DNA of 63,759 nucleotides, the filler included, from Octopus bimaculoides (lineage: Eukaryota): the NCBI RefSeq assembly GCF_001194135.2. It is 8 parts of 8 records of this genome, joined end to end, with 100 filler letters (N's around TTAATTAATTAA, not from the genome) between each part and the next. Parts side by side here need not be neighbours in the genome. Positions count along the whole stretch, not along the records: positions 45,388 to 57,273 come from NC_069004.1; positions 57,374 to 60,991 come from NC_068991.1; positions 61,092 to 62,290 come from NC_068983.1; positions 62,391 to 63,759 come from NW_026432630.1; 4 more parts are not named here. One strand, written 5' to 3'. Below the pieces are notes generated by a model, which searched no databases, was not told the origin of the DNA, and saw nothing but the letters and a program-made list of their open reading frames with translations. The position numbers were made by a program, and so were the translations under genes. Below, one piece after another: positions 55,578 to 63,759 of the stretch. Numbering within the stretch: position 1 is the stretch's first letter; each line of letters starts with the position of its first letter.

Positions 55578-55721
55578 CCAGATAGAGAATGAGGGAGAGA
55601 GATACATCGAAAAATTAACGTGGAAAGTGTCTACTATACCGATTGTTAAATTGTAGTGGTGCGTTCCGTATAGGGAGTGGACACACAAGAGCACAACCAA
55701 AAGCTGGGTTACCAGTGACAT
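46480..55721 (-). CDS. Ionotropic glutamate receptor (non-NMDA type or IR co-receptor-like), N-terminal half: signal peptide, ATD, start of S1; 8 exons, 441 codons
   Basis: Exons 55721-55640, 54732-54580, 53651-53413, 52794-52588, 51703-51512, 50286-50152, 48708-48481, 46568-46480 join in frame. Motifs [85 protein letters not shown]. Confidence 0.88.
48481..48708 (-). CDS. iGluR exon 7 (ATD end, ATD-S1 linker)
   Basis: ttttttcgatttttag|AAA CAT...CTT TTG|gtaaat; SFDDDG...KVATWN...[11 protein letters not shown]. Confidence 0.88.
49178..50085 (-). mobile_element. Two tandem R4/Dong fragments in iGluR intron 6: 3' end plus tail (50085-49720) followed by an internally deleted RT-to-C-terminal piece (49700-49178)
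   Basis: [10 protein letters not shown]...IQNVQK...SHVLRR plus an AAT-rich tail; then RGKLV...YKYLGI...MKEKIKK...DRKTRK fused directly to [18 protein letters not shown]...[23 protein letters not shown]. Confidence 0.85.
50152..50286 (-). CDS. iGluR exon 6
   Basis: tttgcttttcaag|TTA ATA GAT GCA...TTG CAG|gtaaac; [17 protein letters not shown]. Confidence 0.85.
51512..51703 (-). CDS. iGluR exon 5 (acceptor non-canonical as assembled)
   Basis: [16 protein letters not shown]...KPQMT|gtaagt. Preceded by ...tttctataacAT instead of AG; in-frame AG 9 nt downstream. Confidence 0.75.
52588..52794 (-). CDS. iGluR exon 4
   Basis: ttttgtctttaccttcag|CTG ACT...AAT GTG|gtaagt; 207 nt, phase 0-0. Confidence 0.85.
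53413..53651 (-). CDS. iGluR exon 3
   Basis: ttttag|TC TCG GAA...AAG AAG|gtaagc; [14 protein letters not shown]...[16 protein letters not shown]. In-frame alternative acceptor 15 nt upstream. Confidence 0.85.
54580..54732 (-). CDS. iGluR exon 2
   Basis: aag|GT CTT CTA CTC GAA...CAA A|gtaagt; 153 nt, open frame [26 protein letters not shown]. Confidence 0.8.
55640..55721 (-). CDS. iGluR exon 1 (signal peptide [28 protein letters not shown])
   Basis: Hydrophobic signal peptide; phase-1 donor G|gtatag; upstream acceptor at 55767-55768 implies a further 5' UTR exon. Confidence 0.8.
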
Positions 55722-57241
55722 CCTTGGATTAGGCTCCTGTTTGGCTCCTTTTTGTGTTTGCAATATCTGAAATGCGAAGAAGCTAGTTCTGGTCTAATTA
55801 AGGTCAACAACTTTTTAGTCCATTGGAGACTGTCAAAGAAGAATTTCTGTTGCCGCAAAGTGAGACGTTTCGATTTATTGCTTTTCGTTTGAAGATTGGA
55901 AAACGGCAAAGAGTACAATGGTGCTGCCGCCTGGGCTTTTCTTTTATCTTTTCTTGAAAATGCTTTTTTCCTGTGTTTCCAACAAATGGAATAAACACTT
56001 TATAATTTCTCTTCCTCTTCTTTTCCTGCTGTTGTTGTTCTTGCTTATGTTGTTATGTAATTTGTTGTTTTCTTAAATTAATTTGATTAATGTTCGCTTT
56101 TGTTGTTGTTGTTGTTGTTGTAAACGTCATCTGTTGAGGTCGTTTTTGATGCTAGATTTGTTGACGGTAGCTGTGGTGGTATGGTAGTGGTGGTTGCAGT
56201 GATGGCAGTCGTTGTAGTGATGGTGGTTGTAGCGGTGATAGTGGTGTTAGTGGTCGTCGTCGTCGTGGCAGAGGTTTTGGTTCTGTTGTTTAGATCAGCT
56301 CCGATTTAACGGAACATCTATAAAAATCTGTACCAAAGATGTTCGATTTGCGTATGTGTGTATGTGTATGCATGTGTTTGTGTATGTGTGTGTGTGTATG
56401 TAAAATTGCGTTCAAAATGGTTTTGCATAACATTCACCAAACTATTCTTCTTATTTTATGGCGTGAAGCCGTGATTTCGATGCATTTGGCTGTTGTGTCT
56501 AGCTTCTGTAGCCGAGACTGCTTCAGGTATTATAGTCCTTGATGATAGTAATGGGCGTGGTGGTGGTGGTGGGCAGGACGTGTTGATGCTGGTGTTGTTG
56601 GTGAAGGTGGATGTCTGAAATGACGTTGGACTGGAATATTTCAAAGTGAAAGGAAGGAAGGAAGAAGGAAGGAAGGAAGGATCAATGAATGAAACAAACA
56701 AAAAAGAACGAAGATAAAAAGGCAAGAGCTATGTATATTATAGATATATACACACGCACACACAGACATTATACACACACAACATATAGACACCAGCAGA
56801 CTATATACGCATGCATACTCAGTATAAATACATGCACGTGTACGTAATGCATATAACACGTATATGCACACAAATGTACTTTACATACATATATATACAT
56901 ACACACACAGACAAATACACACACATATGTGTGTGCATGTATGCATGTATATACATTTATATATATATACACAGAAACATTGATGTGTGCGTGCGCGCGT
57001 ACACATGTCAGTGTGCTTTCAGGCATGAAGTGTGTATAAAACATGTTCCGTGATGCGTATATATACCCGTGAAATGCATCATGTATGTTTGGCGTGTACG
57101 TGTATATATGTTGCAGATACTTAAGGGAGTGTGTGTGCGTGTGTGCGTGTGCGTGCGTGGCACGAGGTATGTGAATTGTGCCAGCGTTTAAATATAGGAT
57201 TCTACTAATTCAATGTTTACACATCTAAATATGTGTAAATA

Positions 57242-57273
<32 letters not shown>

Positions 57274-57630
57274 NNNNNNNNNNNNNNNNNNNNNNNNNNN
57301 NNNNNNNNNNNNNNNNNTTAATTAATTAANNNNNNNNNNNNNNNNNNNNNNNNNNNNNNNNNNNNNNNNNNNNATATATATATATATATATATAATTTTC
57401 CAGAGGATGTAGCAATATATATATGTATGTATATGTATATCAGTGTGCGTATGTATGCATATATTTGTGTGTGTCTGTGTTAGTCCCCCCCTCCTCCATC
57501 ATTTTGACAGCCGATGTTGGTGTGTTTACATCACTTAGCAGTTCTGCAAAAGAGACCAACAGAATAAGTACTAGGCTTTATTTACATTATCTCCGTTTGA
57601 CAGATATTTGTCCTCATCTTGTTTGTTGTT

Positions 57631-57676
57631 AACACAGCGTTTCGGCTGATATATCCTCCAGCCTTCATCAGGTGTT
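57631..57676 (-). ncRNA. Hammerhead ribozyme motif, left arm (inverted)
   Basis: Reverse complement reads AACAC-CTGATGA-A-GGCTG(GAGGATATAT)CAGCC-GAAA-CGCT-GTGTT; stem I AACAC/GTGTT pairs perfectly. Confidence 0.6.
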
Positions 57677-57891
57677 TTGAGGAAATTTTGAACCTGGGTT
57701 CTCATTCCTAAGATATTTTTTGATGGCATAGTGGTTAAGCGCATATGGTGTAGTGGTTAAGAGCGCGGGCTACTAACTGCAAGATTCCGAGTTCGATTCC
57801 AGGCAGTGACCTGAATAATAATAATAATAATAATAATAACAACAACAAAAAGTACCTTAGGAATGAGAACCCAAGTTTGAAATTTCCCCAA

Positions 57892-57934
57892 GACACCTGA
57901 TGAAGGCTGAAGGGTATATCAGCCGAAACGTGTT
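57892..57934 (+). ncRNA. Hammerhead ribozyme motif, right arm (degenerate stem III)
   Basis: GACAC-CTGATGA-A-GGCTGA(AGGGTATA)TCAGCC-GAAA-CGTGTT. Confidence 0.6.
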
Positions 57935-58287
57935 AACAGCAAACAAGATGAGGACAAATATCCGTCAAATGTAAATAATGTACATAATTCCTCATCTTTT
58001 AAATATAGAACTGTAAGTACTAGGCTTACAAAGAATAAGTCCTGGGGTCAACTTGTTTGACTAAANNNNNNNNNNNNNNNNNNNNNNNNNNNNNNNNNNN
58101 NNNNNGAAGGCAGAGCATTTATGCAAAGCCAGAAATCCAGGATTTGAAATTATCTTATTTTTACTGGTTTATTTGATCTTCGTCTTCGCTAATCGTGCCT
58201 TGCGGACCTTTATTGTGGTTTTGGAGTCAGGATTTGACTGCTATTTTTTCAGCGTGGTGGTATCTCTTGATACCCTGTATTATAATT

Positions 58288-58326
<39 letters not shown>

Positions 58327-58986
58327 TCACACACATATATATACATTTAGATGCACACACATATTCTTTTATTTGTTTCAGTCATTTGACTGTATGTATA
58401 TATATATACATACATACACACACACACACACATATATATAATATATATATATATGTGTGATTGTGTGTTCTTGTATGCTTGTACATAGGCTCATATATGC
58501 ACAAACTTGAACAAACATAGGCATGTATTTTGTTCCACTTTTACTTTATTTTATTCCATGAACAGAAATTTTATTTTCATTTTCCTTTACTCTTACTTTC
58601 TTTGGTTCATTCTATTAATTTACCCATATATCATTTAACCCATCATTCATGGTTGTTAATTATTATTGAATTGAAATAAAAGGAATAATTTTAAAGCATG
58701 CGTACTCACAAACACATTTATATACATGCATAGTAAACATGTTTATATATTCTGTATATTCCAAAAGTATCCTAATACAGTCTTTATTGTCCTATGAAAA
58801 CACTGACGATTTTCTTTATAAGGTACTTAAAATGCAGAAATATATTTTTATATGTGTTTTGTAATTTTTATCTTATTTGAGAAATGAAACAATTGTTGGT
58901 TAATATGTTAATTATTTAATAAGTTAATTTGTATCCATTAGATCTCTCTGTTTTCTAACTCAAATATATATATATATATATATATA

Positions 58987-59135
58987 TGATGAGGTGATGA
59001 AAAGTTCCTGGCTTTAAGGGTACAACAAAAAGCCTGTGTGAATCTAAGAAAAGAATATCTGAATTAAAATCATAAGTAACTGATCCTCCTGTACTTTATT
59101 TTACCTAAAGCCAGGAATTTTTCAGCACTACATCA
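58987..59135. mobile_element. mariner-type MITE
   Basis: TGATGAGGTGATGAAAAGTTCCTGGCTTTA ... TAAAGCCAGGAATTTTTCAGCACTACATCA: ~30-bp TIRs, TA/TG flanks, ~150 bp total. Confidence 0.75.
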
Positions 59136-59139
59136 TGTG

Positions 59140-59171
<32 letters not shown>

Positions 59172-59485
59172 AAGGCACATGGCTCAGTGGTTAGAGCGTC
59201 AAGCTTACGATCGTGAGGTTGTAAGTTCGAATCCCGGACTGGGATGCGTGTTGTGTTCTTGAGCAAAACACTTTATTTCACGTTGCTCCAGTTCACTCAG
59301 CTGTAGAAATGAGTTGCGACGTCACAGGTGCCAAGTTGTATCAGTCCCTTTGGTGACACGGAGAGGGGAAGCCGGTATGCATAGGCAACTGCTGGTCTTC
59401 CATAAACAACCTTGCCCGGACTTGTGCCTGGGAGGGTAACTTTCTAGGTGCAATCCCAAGATCAGTCATGATTGAAGGGGGTCTC
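59172..59485 (+). mobile_element. tRNA-headed SINE family E
   Basis: TGGCTCAGTGG A box and GTTCGAATCCC B box. Related copies at 3012-3165, 45080-45287 and 51820-52010. Confidence 0.8.
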
Positions 59486-59486
59486 A

Positions 59487-59535
<49 letters not shown>

Positions 59536-59919
59536 CATATATATNNNNNNNNNNNNNNNNNNNNNNNNNNNNNNNNNNNNNNNNNNNNNNNNNNNNNNNN
59601 NNNNNNNNNNNNNNNNNNNNNNNNNNNNNNNNNNNNNNNNNNNNNNNNNNNNNNNNNNNNNNNNNNNNNNNNNNNNNNNNNNNNNNNNNNNATATATATA
59701 TATATATATATATATATAATGAACTTCTTTCAGTTTTTGTCTGCTCCAGTTTCATAGCATTTGTATTCCATTAAAAATTTTATCTGGAAAAGTCTTAATA
59801 TATTTTCTGGTTTACGTTTAATTCTGACATTGATTTTCATTTTCTCTTCCTCTGTATTTTCATTTTCACTTTATTGATGTTTCATTTAAATTTAGCAGTA
59901 AAAGGAGTGCCTGATGTGT

Positions 59920-60200
59920 TTCTTAGAGCTTTCTTAATGCGGATGAGGTGAGAGTTGGGTAAAATTTCAAATTAATTTTAGTTTTCAGTTTGAGTTGTAG
60001 CTCCCATGGTATGAGGTTATTAGCCTCAAGGTCTACAAAGAAAGCATATACCTCTTGGCAATATTTCCAAGAATATAGGGTCAACATCAGGTCGATTGTG
60101 CTACATCCAGGAAAGAAGACACACTCTGCTTCAGTAATATTTGGCTTAGCAATTTCCTTAAATCTCTTTTCCAAGCATCTAGCAGATGCTCATCAAAGAA
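59920..60200 (-). mobile_element. RTE-type LINE RT fragment
   Basis: EAECVFFPGCSTIDLMLTL...YCQEVYAFFVDLEA..LIPWEL resembles EEQCGFRPGRSTIDQIFTL...FVDLEKAYD.VPR. Confidence 0.65.
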
Positions 60201-61096
60201 GGTCTAATGACAGTTTCTTGTAATAGGACCCAATGGAGGAAGTGCCTGAGGACTCTATCCCATGATCCTTCCAAATATAGAGGAGAGAAATGGATGGATA
60301 GATGGATGGATGGAGGGAAGGGAAGACTTTCTGTTCATGATTTAGTTTAAATTCCAATTAATGTTTCTAGAGTGATGGTCAGATGATGCATGTACATAGG
60401 TGCATATATGCACACACATGTGCAAACATAGGTATAAATTTTGTTTTACTTTTACTTTATTGTACTTTACTTTATTTTTACTTTATTTCTGAAAAGAAAT
60501 TTTATCTTTATTTTCCTTATCTTTATTTTCCTTTTCTTTGGTTTATTATATTAATTTACCCATATATTATTTAACCCATCATTCATGATTGTTAATTATT
60601 ATTGAATTGAAATAAAAGGAATAATTTTAACACATGCATACACAAACGCACACATATACATACACACATAGTAAACATATTTATATATTCTGTATATTGC
60701 GAAAGTATCCTAATGTAATCCTTATTGTCCTCTGAAAACCCTGACGATTTTCCTTATAAGGTATTTAAAATGCAAAAGTATATTTTTATATGTTTTGTAA
60801 TTTTAATCTCATTTGAGAAATGAAACAATTGTTGGTTCATACGTTTATTAATTAATAAGTTAAGTTGTATCCATTAGATCTCTCTGTTTTCTAACTCAAT
60901 AAAAATGTCTGATATCTTACGATATTCTCTATAATATATTCATTGAAGGATTATCTTTACAAAACTTAATGTATTAAACTAGATATCCCTANNNNNNNNN
61001 NNNNNNNNNNNNNNNNNNNNNNNNNNNNNNNNNNNTTAATTAATTAANNNNNNNNNNNNNNNNNNNNNNNNNNNNNNNNNNNNNNNNNNNNGCACC

Positions 61097-61385
61097 ATAG
61101 ATGAACCGCGATGTGCTGAGTGCGCGATAGGTTAACTGCGATGTACAGAGTGCACGATAGATGAACCGCGATGTGTTGAGTGCGCGATAGGTGAACTGCG
61201 ATGTATTGAGTGTCCGATAGGTGAATCGCGATGTATTGAGTGCACGATAGGTGAATCACGATGTGCTGAATGCGCAATGGGTGAACCGCGATAGAATGAG
61301 TGCGTGATGGGTGAACCGCGATGTACTGAGTGCCCGATAAGTGAACTGTGATGTACTGAGTGCCCGAAAGGTGAATTGCGATATG
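61097..61385. repeat. 30-bp CpG-rich minisatellite, ~10 units
   Basis: Consensus GTGAACCGCGATGTRYTGAGTGCRCGATAG. Confidence 0.9.
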
Positions 61386-61759
61386 GCGAGGGATTACTGT
61401 AGTCGATTATATTAACCTCCAGTACTCAACTGGTACTTATTTTGTCAAGCCTGAAAGGATGAAAGGCAAGGACAAGCTGGACGGAATTAGAACTCAGAAC
61501 GTACAGACGGACGAAATGCCGCAAGCATATTGTTCGGCGTGCTAAAGATTCTTACCAGCTCTCGCAATAACGAAACCTCACCGAAGGAACAAAAAAAAAA
61601 AATCTGTAGAAACGGCAGCATCTTTCCTACCCCAACACGTCGCCTGCAAAGCGTCCCCTCCCACCTCGTATTCGAACACGTGACCCCCTTCCTCCCACAA
61701 TTCGCGACTGCAAACCTTTCTCGCCTTAGGAGGTATCTTTCTCGTTAACAGCGTGAGAC

Positions 61760-61800
61760 TATAAATAGAGATGAGAAGAGCTCCTTATCTGATTCAGTTG
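61760..61800 (+). promoter_or_regulatory. Possible TATA + Inr core promoter
   Basis: TATAAATAG at 61760 and TCAGTT at 61794, CACGTG at 61677, CpG-rich upstream. Spacing (-36) is longer than typical. Confidence 0.25.
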
Positions 61801-62764
61801 AGTGAACCAAGAGCACATGGTATCTATTTGTTCGCTCTTACAATTTCCTTTGCCTATAGGTCTACATGTGTGCGCACGTTGTGTGTGTGTGTGTGTGTGC
61901 GTGTATTTACGTGCATTTCTGTGAGCCATCTACATGTATGTATGCCTGCTTCAATGCATGCATGTGTGTACGTAAGTACGTACGTATGCATGTATCTACG
62001 TAAGTAGCCTGTGTATACAGTTGTGCGTGTGTGCCTGTATAGACACACACACGCACGCGCACATACACAGGCGCACACACACACACACACGCACACACAC
62101 ACACACACACACAGGCACACACACAGCTATATATTTTATTTTTTATCAGCAGAAAGTAACAATGCAAACATTCTGCTGTAATACTCTATTTTTTTTGTGC
62201 GTGTGTGTGTGTGTGTGTGTGTGAATGTGTGTGCGCACACGCGTTTTTCTTTTGTATATATTTAACTGTTTAACTTTTATAAACTATCTGNNNNNNNNNN
62301 NNNNNNNNNNNNNNNNNNNNNNNNNNNNNNNNNNTTAATTAATTAANNNNNNNNNNNNNNNNNNNNNNNNNNNNNNNNNNNNNNNNNNNNTTTATTAGAA
62401 TTGAAATTATCAGCAATATCTGAATTTAGTAAAAAAAAAATAAAAAGTGGATAAAATATTGAATATAGCAAATTTGCTTTAGGGTGTACATATTTTTGTA
62501 TTGTTTCAAAATTAATATTTCGTTCATATCTTTGAAAAAGTTTATTGTTTTGTGTTCTAAATTTGTTTCATGTTTGCATGTACAATATATTTTGTTCAGA
62601 ATAAATTTCGTTTGATTTCCTTCGATATTATCAGAGTAATGTCAAGTTTACTGAAAATTTTTAGGGGTGTACATACTTCTGTGAGATACTGTACATACAG
62701 ATGCCCAGTGGGAGATACTGATATAGTCTTAATCGGTAGTAAGCGACAAAAGTTAACTTAGGGC

Positions 62765-63115
62765 TGAGAGGCTTGTGCAAGGCCCTTATCAAGTGATAAC
62801 ACAGATGCCCACTGTTGTTTGCTCCTTCTCGAGCCATGCTTGGCTAATAAGAGCAAGTTTCCCCGGTTTCATTGACGTATAGATTCCCCTCCTGGACGGG
62901 ACGCCGGTCCATCGCAGGTGAGCTGCTAGATGTTGGAAGAAAGAGTGAGAGAAAGTTGTAGCGAAAGAGTCAGCAGAAGTTCGCCGTTACCTTCTGCTGG
63001 AGCCGCGTGGAGCTTAGGTGTTTCGCTCATAAAGACACACATTGCTCGGTCTGAGATTCGAAACCAGCGAACCCTCGACCGCGAGCCCGCTGCTCTAACC
63101 ACTAGGCCATATGCT
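62765..63115 (-). mobile_element. SINE-like repeat, family F
   Basis: The reverse complement starts with an A-box-like TGGCCTAGTGG and a B-box-like GGTTTCGAATC. Confidence 0.6.
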
Positions 63116-63709
63116 TCCAGATGCCCACTGCCTTTGTTGAAAATTTATTAAAAAGCGTCCTCATTTTTTTTCAAACCAGAGAGAAAGAATGTAATTTGAC
63201 CTGTTTGTGTGTTTACTGCATAGATTTACATATATCATATCATACCTTAACACTGTGTAAACTTTTGACAGGTTCTCTGGAGCTCTTTGATATGATGTGA
63301 ATATAAACGCATTGATTACTGGTTACTCTGGGATTGGTCAGGCTGTGTAGATACTCCTGATGAAGCTACATAGTGGATTGATAATCGATTAAGGGTCCTC
63401 AGTATTTTTTCCAGTTTACGGATAAATAGAAAAATTTGACATGTCTGTATCATGACTAATACCAACAGACATATGTGTGCGTGTGTGTCCAGAGTTACCT
63501 CTCTTCTGTATTCGCCATTGATAACGACTAAAGAACTAGAAACATGTCTGGGAACCCGACAGGTGGCAGCATTGGACAGATATACCGCTTTTACAGCATT
63601 TTACTACAAGGGAGAATCCTTTCTCCATGGTAACTGCAGTGAATTTGCATTTCGTAAATGAATTATGTCACAAACATATTTTAACTAAACTAAAGTTCGC
63701 ATATGCATG

Positions 63710-63743
<34 letters not shown>

Positions 63744-63759
63744 TAGATATATATAAATA

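Larger units (their letters stand above)
57579..58013 (+). mobile_element. Non-autonomous element: tRNA-like head flanked by ~135-bp inverted repeats with hammerhead motifs; 14-bp TSD
   Basis: TAAGTACTAGGCTT at 57565-57578 and 58014-58027. Arms 57582-57718 and 57849-57982. A-box-like TGGTGTAGTGG at 57746, B-box GTTCGATTCC at 57791, then (AAT)n. Confidence 0.85.
58617..60898 (+). repeat. Diverged ~345-bp direct duplication (58617-58960 and 60555-60898)
   Basis: Colinear AT-rich blocks, high similarity by eye, about 1.94 kb apart. Confidence 0.85.

Noticed and set aside
57740-57812. tRNA gene
   Set aside because: A and B boxes are present but there is no convincing cloverleaf or acceptor stem; it is a SINE head, as are the other tRNA-like segments.
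63345-63385. CTGATGAAGCTACATAGTGGA hammerhead-like start
   Set aside because: Lacks GAAA and stem III; at best a decayed relic. CTGATGA at 27925, 46211 and 54045 (-) likewise lack the core.

Overview
This is eukaryotic, repeat-rich, gapped genomic DNA. It is most consistent with an octopus/cephalopod scaffold, inferred from the tRNA-headed SINE families, the microsatellite density and an intronless C2H2 array; no prokaryotic features or CRISPR arrays are present. Three protein-coding loci are supported. (1) A spliced minus-strand ionotropic glutamate receptor gene: 8 coding exons at 55721->46480 reconstructed by hand, encoding signal peptide, amino-terminal domain and the start of S1; the channel half was not found. 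(2) An intronless 15-finger C2H2 zinc-finger gene (43451-44839, +) lying antisense and downstream of iGluR exon 8, on a contig flanked by scaffold gaps. (3) A plus-strand 6-exon gene (139-6215) for an unassigned type II membrane protein. Mobile DNA includes decayed piggyBac and Tc1 transposons, piggyBac and mariner MITEs, Penelope-like, R4/Dong, CR1/L2-type and RTE fragments, and many SINEs. The most unusual object is a 435-bp insertion (57579-58013) with a 14-bp target-site duplication, a central tRNA-like pol III head, and ~135-bp inverted arms that each carry a Penelope-type hammerhead ribozyme motif. A second hammerhead motif lies at 9145-9184. Most ORFs in the supplied track are microsatellite or N-gap artefacts. 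All alignments and family assignments were made by eye, without database searches.
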